DNA of 64,000 nucleotides, from positions 1 through 64,000 of IMG/VR virus record IMGVR_UViG_3300037042_003896; one strand, given 5' to 3'. Numbering within the stretch: position 1 is the stretch's first letter; every line of letters begins with the position of its first letter. The notes under the pieces were generated by a model that had not been told where the DNA came from, made no database searches, and worked only from the letters and a program-made list of their open reading frames with translations. Made by a program: the position numbers and the translations under genes. Origin of the DNA: a virus. Positions 48,901 through 56,826 of this stretch are shown one piece after another.

Positions 48901-51900
48901 ATCCCAAGTATACCTAATTGTTTTTTAATATAAGATTCTTCTACACCTGTCCATACATCTGAAGAAGTTAGTGATCTTGATAATATAACACTATTACTAT
49001 TTTTATTAAAAATATAAAAGGTTATCTTATTTTGTGATTTTCCTTTAAATCCTATAGTATAGAACCCATTACCTAAATCATGTGCTTGTAATCCCTCAGC
49101 ACCTTCATTTATCATTGCATCAATGGTAAGATTGTAGTCTGCTTCAGGGGTTCCATATATACCCTGTCTTCCTTTTAATTCATTTAATTTAATACCTAAT
49201 TTATTTTCAATAGCTTTTTTTTCTTCTGCTATAGAACTTACTACTGTTTTAGTTACAGGTTTAGTAGGAGTGGTAGATTTTACAACAGGTTTTGGTTTTT
49301 CAGAAATAGGAATTACAAAATCATCTGCTGTATCTGTTGTATAGAAATACACTCCTGTAATATTTGTATCTCCTTCAACATCTGTTTTTATTGGTCTTGT
49401 ATTTGTTGTGAGAGGAATATCAGTTCTCTTCTTTCCATCAGGTGTTTTATTAGAAAGCAGGTAGGTTTGGTAATTAGGCCATATAACACTCTTTATTTCT
49501 CCTGAAGATGATATGCTTATTATTTGCTCATACTCACTATTGAGGTCTTTTACTAATGTAGAATTGACATTGTTATACATATTACTTATCAAGGTGATAA
49601 TCTGTTCCTTGTTAAGTTGTAAAGAAGAAGGTGTAAATGGATAGTTTTTTCCATTACCAGAAATAGAGAGTAGAAATTGTCCTGTCTCACTATCTTTTTC
49701 CCAAAAGATACTATTGTATCCATTAGGTTTTCTTTCCTTGGTATTTGGGTCTCTTGGTATTCCCCAATATATAACAGATTTTAAATAGTTTACAAGTCTT
49801 ACAGAACTAGGGTCTTTTATCCCTATGGATTTATCCATCATCTGTTTAGCCACTTGCATAATAGTATCAAATATACTCTCTGCTTCTGCTCTTGAATGTT
49901 GTTTATTATTTAATTTCCTGTATCCATTAGGAAGCTCAAGAAATATTCTACCTAAAGGTGTGAGGAAAGATGTAGTTCCTTTCTCATGTGTATTATTCAG
50001 ATTAGGAATACTAATGAGTAAATCTCCTTCTATCTCTTCTTCAGAAACAAACTCACTATCTTCAACACTTACCCTTGCATTATAATCAATCACTTCTTTA
50101 CCATTCTGATCAGTGGTAGTAACAGGCATAGCATGTCCAAGAGAAGCATTGATTTCGTGCACTTCACTAAGGTCTTCTACCTTAAGGATTTTCTCTCTCC
50201 ATTTTTTATATTGGTCTATAATACTATTCTTAACTTCTTTTGATGTACTTTCTCTGAACATTTTGCCTGAAGTTAATAGCTTATCAGGCATGATAGTAAA
50301 TATTCCTTTAGATAAGTAATCTGTAGCATTCTCTATCTTTACACCATTCTCATCAATAAGAGATAAATTTCCCTCCTTATCTTCTTCTACCATTACCATA
50401 GCAATGATTGAAGATTCATCCACACCTTCTTCATCATTTTTTAATAAGGACATTAATCCTTTAAGACCAAGAGTTTCTTCATTCTTTAAAGTAATGAATA
50501 CTCCTTTTATCTTTTTCCTATTAGGAAGTTTATTAAGAAGAATACCAAATTTATTAGCTCTTATATGATGAGGAACCTCTGTATCATCTAAAGGAATAGT
50601 TGATATGGGAACATATTCATCAGCTTTCTTTGCCTCAGCTTCAAACTTATGTGAATAGGGTAATTGAATAATTGTATCATTATCCTCTGTTCCTAGTGCT
50701 TCTTTAATAAGCTGTTCATCTTTTGCCAATTTATCTTCTTCTTCTTTCTCCTGTAGATACTTATTAGCAATAGCTTCAAATTTAGCAAGGATAGCACTCT
50801 TAGCTTTTAATTCTTTTTTATATTCAGGAAGAGCTTGTTGTAATATAGCAATTCTATCTTGAAGTTCTTGTAAGGTACGTTCTCCTGGAACAATATCAAG
50901 ATCATCAACTTGAGCAACCATTTCCTCAAGTTGTTTAAGTTCCTCTTTATAAGTAGGTTGACGTTTTAAGAAATTAGGATTAGCTTTTAGAAAATCAATC
51001 CATTCTTGTCCCATTATAAATGTGGGAACTTTTGGAAACTTTTGTGCAAATTTATCTAATAAATCTGATAGAAATGCAATTGCTTGATCTAACGCATCTT
51101 GAATTTTTGGAAGTACACTATGAATAATTTTAATTTCCTTTTCTGTACTATCAATTAATTCTTCCATTATTTTTTGTTGATCTCTTAATTCTTGTAAGAA
51201 ATCATCTTTTCCTTCAGGAAGTTCAACTATATATTGAGCTGAATCACTAATATAAGAAAGATCAATATCAAGTTCATCTTTTCGTGCTTCAAGAAAAGCA
51301 AGTTCTTTTGTAAGATCGTCTTTCATTTTTTCAAGACGTTCTGCAGCTGCTAACATCTTTCTTGTAGCAGATTTAAATTGAATCCTACCTTTAATACGTT
51401 TATCTACATCATTTTCAGTAGTAAGTATTTTTTCCTCAAGGGCATTGAGGTCTTTTATTATATTTTCAAGTTCTAATTGTTTTTTAGCAATTAACTTTTC
51501 TGTAGATTCTTGTTCTTCTACTATTTCTTTTGCAAGATCAGAAAGAATAACAATTCGTTTATTCCTATTTTCATCAATTGTTTCCTGTTCTTCTTTAGTT
51601 TTCTTTTCTTCTATAAAAGCTTTATTTGCAGCAAGCTGTTCTTTTGTTAATGCTTTTTCCCCTGTAAGTGTAAGTCTTGCTTTATTAAAACCTTCTTGTG
51701 CTTTAAAATATGCATTGTCACTAACATCTTTACGAAGAAGTTTACCATTAGCTCCTATATATACAAAGAATAGTTTGCCATTTTCATATTGGAGTCTTCC
51801 TTTTTTCTCTCCGCCATAACCTTTTCCAAAATTATAACTATAAATCTCATTCCTATGTTCATAAAAAAACTTAGCAGTCTTATTCTTTTCTAATACATCT

Positions 51901-54347
51901 GCTTTAGTTAACTTATAATCTTTTAATCTATCTTTAGGAATATCAAAAATTTTATTTCCTGTTTGAATTTTAATTGTACCATCTTCATTTTCACCTAAGA
52001 TTTTAAGTTTATGTAAATCAATAGCTGAATTAATACCATTTGTTTCATAATCTACAGTTGTACCAAGAAAATATTCTACTCCTATTTCAAATTCAGTTGC
52101 AACATTTTTAGTAGTGAGAGTAATAGTTTTTTTGATTGGCTCACCTTTTTCATCTAATTCAACTTCAGGTAAATCTTCAATTGTTTGTTCTTTATATTCT
52201 TTAGGATTGTTTTTTATATCAGTATATTCCTGTAAAAATAAATTCCTACGAACAGTCATTTGACCAACACTATATAATGCTTCTCCAACATCTTCCTGAA
52301 TAGTAGAATCAAGAGTCTTGACTTTTTCCATAGCAGCATTATAACTTTCGAAATTTCCTGCTATAAGGTCTGCATTAACTGTACTAATATCAATGCCTGC
52401 ATTAACAAGAGTTGCTTCAACAGAAGGAAGCCTATCATCATAATCTGCCACCTTTGCTGCAGCATAGACCATCTTATCCATCACTGCAGAAGTGTAGAGA
52501 GGTTTTTTATTCTCATCTACTTTTCCTCCATAGCGAAGATTGAGTGATTGATATAATGATTTTGTGTTTTCTGCAGTGGCTTCAAATTTCGCAAGTCTGG
52601 TTAAATATGCTTCTCTTGTATCTGACGCAAGAGCTTTTCCTTCAGCTTGAAGTTGTGCAAATCCTTCTTCAGTACTAGCAAGAGTTCTATATTCAGCAAT
52701 GTCTGATCTTACAAGATCAAATCTACCATATTTAATACGAGGAGATAAATAATTAATAATATAATCAGCTTCTTTATCTTTACTATCAGTAATTTTTCCT
52801 GCTTTTAAAAGTTCTTCCCTATCTTCTTGTAAAACAGTTCCTCTATTAACAGAATCTATTGTGTCACTTGTAAAATCAGAAAGTTTAGATTTATTAAAAG
52901 ATTCAATCGCAGCTTTGGTATTTATATCTTTTGCAGAATTTTCTTTATATCTACCTCTGCCTAACATCAATGCTCCAGAAAGTCCACCAATAAGAATATT
53001 TTCCATACCCTCATCTGTACCAACTGTTTCTTTAATTCCTTCAAATATACTACCTATAGCACTTGTAGCACTATTATCATACTTCTTATCATAATAATCT
53101 TGTGTGCCAATTTGAATAGCATACTGCGCACCTTCTTCAAATCCTTCAGGTACAGAAAATGTATATGGTCTTATTTTATTTAAAGCAGATAAAAATTTAT
53201 TACCAGTTACAGCTTTTTCTATAAATTTACCAGTGGTATCTGTTGTTACTTCTCCAATTTTTCTACTAACACCATTAATTATATCCTTTTCTGCACGATA
53301 GGAAGATCCTAATATTTTTGGAAATTGAATATAGTTAGTAACACTTAATAGTGCTACGTTGGCTAAAAAGGAACTATTACCAACAGACTCAGAAGCCTTA
53401 TTAATTTTATCTAACTCTGCACCAATAGGATCAAGACCACCATGAGTATTTTTATATTCTTCTATTTTATCATCCCTAAATTGATTCAGATTGTTAAATG
53501 CTTCAAATCCAGCTTCACCAGTTGTAGCAAGTCCTGCAACAACTGCTCTACTACCAGCATTTAATGTTTTATATGAACCTAAAAATTGATTTGATATAGC
53601 TTTTAACTTACCGTATCCTTCAGCAACTTTTCCTGCAGTGGCAGCAGCTGCTACAGCTTCTTCTGTACTAGCTGCTAACACTTCTGCACCTTTTCCTATA
53701 GATACTAATTTTGCTAATCCTGGTAAAAGACTTAATGATTTTAATCCTGTAGCAAATACACCTCCTGATAAAGCAGCTCCAGCAGCAAATCCTAAGTTTT
53801 TAACAATACCGTCCCAAAGAAAGTTTGCACTAAATAATTTAGAAGGAGAATACCACCTAGAATTTTTCTCAGCATCTGAATAATAATTTGGTAAAATATC
53901 TTCTGCTGCTTTAGTAATTTCATCAATCTTACGATTAAAATCATTATCATAGAATGATGCAAATCTACCATCATCTATCATTTGATATACACCATTCAAT
54001 AATCCTGCTGTAGATTGTACAAAGGTAGTACCAGTTAATAGTAAACCTTTACCTACACCATTAACCATTTTAGAAGTCCATCCTTGTCTTTGTGCAGCTG
54101 CGTCCTCATTATTATATCCATATAATACATTATTGTATCTTCCTGTTCTAAATGGCGCAGCTTCTTCCATAGTTACAGAAGAAGCATCATAAGATCTTGT
54201 GGGGGCAGAAATATAATTTAACGATGTATCATTCAATGGATTATATTCAGCTTGAACATTATTAAAAACAGGTCTTGCTGAACCATTCGCATTAACTAAA
54301 TCAGGAACTTCTGGACTACCAGAAAGATTAACTATAGGGTCTTGCAT
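39918..54347 (-). CDS. Giant crAss-type virion DNA-dependent RNA polymerase polyprotein
   Basis: YRIPTQ and GADFDIDK (DFDID at 44013-44027); zincin-like YHEVFE; C-terminal SLOG-like and DUF4326-like domains. Confidence 0.9.
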   Translation of the reverse strand: MQDPIVNLSGSPEVPDLVNANGSARPVFNNVQAEYNPLNDTSLNYISAPTRSYDASSVTMEEAAPFRTGRYNNVLYGYNNEDAAAQRQGWTSKMVNGVGKGLLLTGTTFVQSTAGLLNGVYQMIDDGRFASFYDNDFNRKIDEITKAAEDILPNYYSDAEKNSRWYSPSKLFSANFLWDGIVKNLGFAAGAALSGGVFATGLKSLSLLPGLAKLVSIGKGAEVLAASTEEAVAAAATAGKVAEGYGKLKAISNQFLGSYKTLNAGSRAVVAGLATTGEAGFEAFNNLNQFRDDKIEEYKNTHGGLDPIGAELDKINKASESVGNSSFLANVALLSVTNYIQFPKILGSSYRAEKDIINGVSRKIGEVTTDTTGKFIEKAVTGNKFLSALNKIRPYTFSVPEGFEEGAQYAIQIGTQDYYDKKYDNSATSAIGSIFEGIKETVGTDEGMENILIGGLSGALMLGRGRYKENSAKDINTKAAIESFNKSKLSDFTSDTIDSVNRGTVLQEDREELLKAGKITDSKDKEADYIINYLSPRIKYGRFDLVRSDIAEYRTLASTEEGFAQLQAEGKALASDTREAYLTRLAKFEATAENTKSLYQSLNLRYGGKVDENKKPLYTSAVMDKMVYAAAKVADYDDRLPSVEATLVNAGIDISTVNADLIAGNFESYNAAMEKVKTLDSTIQEDVGEALYSVGQMTVRRNLFLQEYTDIKNNPKEYKEQTIEDLPEVELDEKGEPIKKTITLTTKNVATEFEIGVEYFLGTTVDYETNGINSAIDLHKLKILGENEDGTIKIQTGNKIFDIPKDRLKDYKLTKADVLEKNKTAKFFYEHRNEIYSYNFGKGYGGEKKGRLQYENGKLFFVYIGANGKLLRKDVSDNAYFKAQEGFNKARLTLTGEKALTKEQLAANKAFIEEKKTKEEQETIDENRNKRIVILSDLAKEIVEEQESTEKLIAKKQLELENIIKDLNALEEKILTTENDVDKRIKGRIQFKSATRKMLAAAERLEKMKDDLTKELAFLEARKDELDIDLSYISDSAQYIVELPEGKDDFLQELRDQQKIMEELIDSTEKEIKIIHSVLPKIQDALDQAIAFLSDLLDKFAQKFPKVPTFIMGQEWIDFLKANPNFLKRQPTYKEELKQLEEMVAQVDDLDIVPGERTLQELQDRIAILQQALPEYKKELKAKSAILAKFEAIANKYLQEKEEEDKLAKDEQLIKEALGTEDNDTIIQLPYSHKFEAEAKKADEYVPISTIPLDDTEVPHHIRANKFGILLNKLPNRKKIKGVFITLKNEETLGLKGLMSLLKNDEEGVDESSIIAMVMVEEDKEGNLSLIDENGVKIENATDYLSKGIFTIMPDKLLTSGKMFRESTSKEVKNSIIDQYKKWREKILKVEDLSEVHEINASLGHAMPVTTTDQNGKEVIDYNARVSVEDSEFVSEEEIEGDLLISIPNLNNTHEKGTTSFLTPLGRIFLELPNGYRKLNNKQHSRAEAESIFDTIMQVAKQMMDKSIGIKDPSSVRLVNYLKSVIYWGIPRDPNTKERKPNGYNSIFWEKDSETGQFLLSISGNGKNYPFTPSSLQLNKEQIITLISNMYNNVNSTLVKDLNSEYEQIISISSSGEIKSVIWPNYQTYLLSNKTPDGKKRTDIPLTTNTRPIKTDVEGDTNITGVYFYTTDTADDFVIPISEKPKPVVKSTTPTKPVTKTVVSSIAEEKKAIENKLGIKLNELKGRQGIYGTPEADYNLTIDAMINEGAEGLQAHDLGNGFYTIGFKGKSQNKITFYIFNKNSNSVILSRSLTSSDVWTGVEESYIKKQLGILGITSFSAKEFIEAADLIPSKYNTKATVKLTGGKFILDGKTTNTYTSPKTGLSILFGAPANINESNFMKVISVLQGADLETIFANVSDRVKEANPKFTPKQVTEEAQKLIKRTIYDAIVPQLGKASNMESEEVFVIGEEDEEAEETAIVNVEKKIDEEAFEIPDDEENSDAVNEAINNALKNKNKQKPILREMLEKEIKDIKIENWAEIEEWIKTNFPNLPLYRVKNIISEIGGDRKAWGMLKNGALYIYEQAEVGTVYHEVFEAVWKLISSPEERASIENEFKSRKGTFTDRPTGKTIKYSEATPSQIKEQLAEEFRDYRVNKKIPQKPVDGRPFILKLFSDIVNLVKGWFGKENFSSLTEELFNKINTGGYKNNIPLETALSYASKGIIDIEDAYFTEADELSVVAITDIEKMEIVEEMTYLTLVDLVATDKGLFTLPTLNKTELYSKLKNEILETIANKVVAAYGLVENETLTLKQAKPTIDKYTNLMKLVDKQWESIVAKHEEFLRGYSIEFDENDTLQLTDENNTGRDNYQDATKIDNFKKTNAAIKLLLATMPKVYLDENSEEVAELSSIGGYKLIPMSETYVAIMNNVHTSRGLEEMFSRLRDMAVVNPNYRTLYKRLTKTDWVDKGVDFTKIETTHGLQLISTFWKTFKKQNPSVQNVFILENGEVVVGDANLSTAAAQLKSEYIHSIILFAKEGKGFYKYDKAKKKYVGVPAKVKDIDLNTNEKRVMFLSKLGISFTLKEINSFSKNLNKFQQFKETVDGIKASIANTDEIAMFSGKVLEINNRLLELALLKASLTHPEFDSTYFNVTGDRTQSFIGTNAPSDLYDVLSQIDNLNELKGTQYAYLLTDVFAQGSDVLKRMFKPSGERRTDIGSENLLKVGYVSGIINSVKGKQKQSSKLSYPERIIQGINLNLKGWFLNLIPADATTEWMINMGNPITTSNLSKGMVGVNRIFGEYFKAELALARDKRPLDRHRDKKLAKELRFFKEILGEKLHNDIIAETESIEDVYTKYESRINTALDKYITKKTNNLKWLLERFNILKQEETGWVAENINLPENMTENELNGHLKALSINFIIANIEMHKIIYSDPYQYWDELKRVKPFNSPAQPLVNDPKMNAAYNKVWNKGFNKGDIGYTDFTKPYFSTGTFADVIGIIDLPDYKEYEETNGSGIITFGAYRNFRIRAGEWNDNEEAQYRYDVAWEKNDKGLEFSLEENDILDKGNPMIQSAYTPLKPIARGNKANKRNYNDVVMDKYALYPLSYRMMKSVNKAGSKESSNAITLYNKMQNEKIDYMVFETGRKVGAEQLSPVYDANGNFVTTVYKGIVKIPFEILSIQAEVPSHDDNSVTRGSQITKLITMDYMEAGVPVDFNESEKNFNKRYKTWYALSEDAKKEASPLYKEIINNQNLLEELTQKGYENLLKTLGIKEENGTFTIVDLSKTGEMLRDEILKREVTDNISKALTSFLEGKSVLEATPAYQQIRNILYSIADREVISQKMPGGSKVQIPSLFFEEKRFGLTKIKGKKGYTSDVLRFYSEGENKTNTCEIMIGRWFDSPLSDEELLNYLNNTPEGQKILSGLAYRIPTQKQNSIEAFVIKQFLPKEFGDSVVVPAALVEKTGADFDIDKLFMYLKNVIKGKNGLELVNYLTDTNSTVGKRYYNWVKENVEKDVKKYKNFLSKGAVKELRDAFKNTLDEINNNYKTAVSEKKEELYSQYTELFNDVDYVLNVQMQNNYILELFKAGGKIFRVLPKETKTDYWKLKDSMLINDINGPQEIENYLALTLRKLERNEHPNDTQDLLSMVSLYEEELRVLGATSEYVKEYKEEALRVFREGKNETIQDIGEQSKQISANVKADYYSEKESINVQAAEEMAEIQGLPSLSEFGGFSLNKQNTKKALENAYIESSETLVLHPKNYKRLIQPNSATQLKDLAEEITIKVIGHKFDYTNINNMLDMGFMTRLRHAFVTGKYAIGIAAVNQTNHSLNQRQPIFIDKNKLTLVKEDGHWLGDAEIKFDKYNKITVDGRVVPTLSMIENADGQDISDIIGQFIDGYVDISKGPWIMELGATPNVASTYLFLIKLGVPVDTVAYFMNQPIIQDYLRTIESEGYSWLFIDKYVKAVKGEYASSITIPKEGFTIPSKSALKNLVGKKVANMNSSELVNQRLILDEFLKYAKMAEHMFLVTQGSNFDTATFNDPYLVFKKFKQLEKAQSTIISSVDKDGNIISGVDGLLDNSFIGALKTRIESLRDALAEILKSDQPRVRGIIEKVITPYIQMNDNDFVKLAQKAVNDLFDYALQTDTALNEEITDLLIKNGGAAKEVGTFIQHVKDHKGHSLHNNVVINLMQIVPSDKAGNASVTNVKVKSLQNKVYDQNNLIFAFREIRDYLKSQDSKLYDRLIRLAVLQSGLSKSTLSFTSVIPFEDFEEIYNETLSSLEKIPNLEQFYELGVFQRNNWNNDDVVPHVKAKYIKYKTEGGKYNPSMAFLPDNVKKATTAGNIPQMLTQSTLTKEAKSDFIVYSWEDISISNKDKKQGLSTIAKKKAYMRKIGDFSYIQKGLFQKVYDDFGTALIHRDYKGTEYFVYKATNAWGNGNKANEFYTEDRQSVIDNGFIKVESNPHDNHDIIDLFLDYAAKNDRKNPNKSLPLYENKTNMENPQYEGMPLFNALPSKSNTPTMTYAGVGSRQTPENVLSQMTEIATELESKGYTLNTGVTFYGKKEGADKAFDDGTKKKNLFSPEKQGSRAKEQAIAKEIHPAPEYLKGGGLKLMARNTNQVFGDNLNAPVDFVLFYAKETKGIRPEGGTGQAVEMARRKNIPTINMANPNWRQELDKVLSNSNSVNKPKQIGMGVAEEVYSKLGNKTVSENVKIVDKPYLYSDEQKRGKAIVAYKSTKMPVSFENPFHTSGKTTKENVIDFIDFFLNSNEPQAVWMRAKAMSGEFKGKPIYYGNTQANKENQPSHATAIDYLINKYDWNTNEIENVIAKKTVESKKCN

Positions 54348-56737
54348 TATTTCTGTAAGTTTAAATTTTTATTGATTTGTGCTGTAATCATTGATTCACT
54401 CAATAAAGCTAAATCTGCTTTAGCAATATCTTCATTCAAATAAATTCTATCAAATTCAACATTTTCAACTTTTTTAGTAGTATTATTTTTAACATATACA
54501 CTAGCGACATATCCCCCCCCTCTTGGCATAACTACTAAATCTGCACCAAGTGGTATATATTTAGTTGATGTACGCAATTGATAAAGTTCTTCAGAAGGAA
54601 TAGCTGCAGTTTGCCAAGCATCAGGGTTTGTAGTGTATGCACCTAAATTTGTTGAACCATATTGACTAGTTGCAGCTCTTACTTGTAATGGATTAAATTT
54701 ATAAGCATTGAAAGATTGTCCTGTTAATTGTTCAAAATCATTTTGTGAATCTATATTAACTTCTCTAACTTTTCCAGTATCATCAGTTATTGTAGCAACA
54801 CCTTTCCAAGTTCCACCAACTTCGTAAGGAGCACTTGCTTTAAATGATACCTTTGAATTAGGATCGGTTAAAGCTTTTAATGCAGCAGTTTGATCATATC
54901 CTGCTCCAGCTAAGTTTGTTGCATTAGAAATAAATGCACTCACTCTATTTTTTACAATTTTCATTTCTTTCTCATCTGTAGGAGTGAAAGAAAATACATC
55001 ATCTGTTGTTGTAAATTTACCTAATCTTTCTTCTATCTGTTTACTTGCTACTTCAGGGGATACTCCTGTTTGTGCAACTTGTCTATAAATATCTTCTCTT
55101 GCTGCAAGTAATGTGGTATAATTATAATGACTTGTTTTATAGTCTGCCACTGCTTGTTTATCTGCATGAGTTAAGGTTACTCCCAGATCTTTAGCTTTAT
55201 TATCTAAATTTAATATCCATCGTGTAACAAATTGTTGTGGAGTTTCATTAGTTGATTTTGACCAACCTTTTATATTTTGTAATATATCATTCTTAGTTAA
55301 AGGTTTACCGCTTTGAGTTTTACCATTATTACCTTTACTTAATAATGTAAATATTACATCAACACCATTAGCATAATTAGTAGCTTCCCAGGATGCTAAT
55401 TGTTCCGTAGTTCTTTCCACTGCAGATTTTCCCATAGTTCCAGGAACATCAGCACTTAATCTCAATAGTTCTCCAGAAGCCCCTTCTCCTTCTTTTGGTT
55501 TTGCTTTCCATTGACCTGTTGCTCTATCAAATTCATTTTCCGCTGTAAATTTTAAATCTGCTAAATCAGCAGCTCTTAAAGCCATTTTTTGATCAAATGC
55601 TTCTTGTCCTTGTTTAAATCTAAAATCTCTTTCGTTATTAAGTTGTTGTGTTAAAGGATTTGTAAGATTTGTAATCTTCTTTGTAGTGTCTGTAAATTGT
55701 GTAACTAAACTATTTTGAAAATTTGTTCTATAATAACTTTCTTTAAATGCATCTGGAGATTTTGTAGCTAATTCTGCAAGATCTGTATATTGTTTTTCAT
55801 AAGTAATTCGTTCATCAGATAACTTTTTCTTTTGAGCTTCCAGAGCAAGTTTTTGTTCGGGAGTAGTTTTTCCTGTAAGTAGAGTATTTAATTGCCCTAA
55901 ACTTTGATCTATTTCTGAAAAGACTCCTTCATATTTGGTAGCAAATACAGACAATATACTTTCCGCAGGAACATTTTTTGTATTTGCCCAAGCGTCAATG
56001 TGTATTTGATTTTGAACATTCCCTTGTTTTAACACATTATTAATAATTGCCTGAACTGCTTTTGCATTGCTACTTTCTTCAACATGTGTCATAGTTCTTG
56101 CAGGAAGTGCTTCACCTGTTGCAGGATTAAACTTTATGTTGCCCTGTGTATCAGTTTGAAACATTTGTTCAAGAATTGATGATTCTATTCCTGCATCTTT
56201 AACTTGTTTCTGTATTTCTTCTGTTATGTTTACATAAGGAGAATATTCTCCTGAAAAAGCAACTGGTGCTCCACGATCATCTGTTAAACCACTATTTAAA
56301 TAAGGGTTTACAAATTTTTCATAAAAGAACTGTTCATTGTTTTTATCAGATTTACCTTCTTTTTTGTATCTATCCATCTCAGTTAATTGTTTTCTGAGTT
56401 TGGCAGTTGATGATACAGCATTTTGTATAAAGGAATCTTTTCCAATTTGACTAACCATTCCTCCTACAGAGGTAACAAGTTGCGAGTTAGAGAAATCTCC
56501 ACCTGCAACTCCTCTAAGATTATTACCTAATGCGTTGAGTTTAGACTGTAAATAAGTTTTATCTACATCTTTATAAACATCAAGTCCAGCAACATTGTTA
56601 ATTTGGGTCTGTATTTTTTGAACACCCTCATCATATTGCTTTTGTTTCTGCATACCCACTTCAACCATTGCCTGAACAGGTAATTGTTGTACATATGGGT
56701 TGAAAGTTGGGATCTGTTTATCGGTAAATGAAGCCAT
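54347..56737 (-). CDS. Virion/ejection protein
   Basis: FNPYVQQLP...KQ.QYD N-terminus; directly upstream of the RNAP gene. Confidence 0.65.
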   Translation of the reverse strand: MASFTDKQIPTFNPYVQQLPVQAMVEVGMQKQKQYDEGVQKIQTQINNVAGLDVYKDVDKTYLQSKLNALGNNLRGVAGGDFSNSQLVTSVGGMVSQIGKDSFIQNAVSSTAKLRKQLTEMDRYKKEGKSDKNNEQFFYEKFVNPYLNSGLTDDRGAPVAFSGEYSPYVNITEEIQKQVKDAGIESSILEQMFQTDTQGNIKFNPATGEALPARTMTHVEESSNAKAVQAIINNVLKQGNVQNQIHIDAWANTKNVPAESILSVFATKYEGVFSEIDQSLGQLNTLLTGKTTPEQKLALEAQKKKLSDERITYEKQYTDLAELATKSPDAFKESYYRTNFQNSLVTQFTDTTKKITNLTNPLTQQLNNERDFRFKQGQEAFDQKMALRAADLADLKFTAENEFDRATGQWKAKPKEGEGASGELLRLSADVPGTMGKSAVERTTEQLASWEATNYANGVDVIFTLLSKGNNGKTQSGKPLTKNDILQNIKGWSKSTNETPQQFVTRWILNLDNKAKDLGVTLTHADKQAVADYKTSHYNYTTLLAAREDIYRQVAQTGVSPEVASKQIEERLGKFTTTDDVFSFTPTDEKEMKIVKNRVSAFISNATNLAGAGYDQTAALKALTDPNSKVSFKASAPYEVGGTWKGVATITDDTGKVREVNIDSQNDFEQLTGQSFNAYKFNPLQVRAATSQYGSTNLGAYTTNPDAWQTAAIPSEELYQLRTSTKYIPLGADLVVMPRGGGYVASVYVKNNTTKKVENVEFDRIYLNEDIAKADLALLSESMITAQINKNLNLQK

Positions 56738-56754
56738 GTCTTTTATAAAGTTAA

Positions 56755-56762
56755 CAAATGTA
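56755..56762 (-). promoter_or_regulatory. -7 box before the ejection protein/RNAP operon
   Basis: Intergenic TACATTTG. Confidence 0.55.
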
Positions 56763-56826
56763 ATAGAAAATATTATACAATCAAAGAATTATAATATATT
56801 CTGGTAATTTTATTTAATCAAATTAG

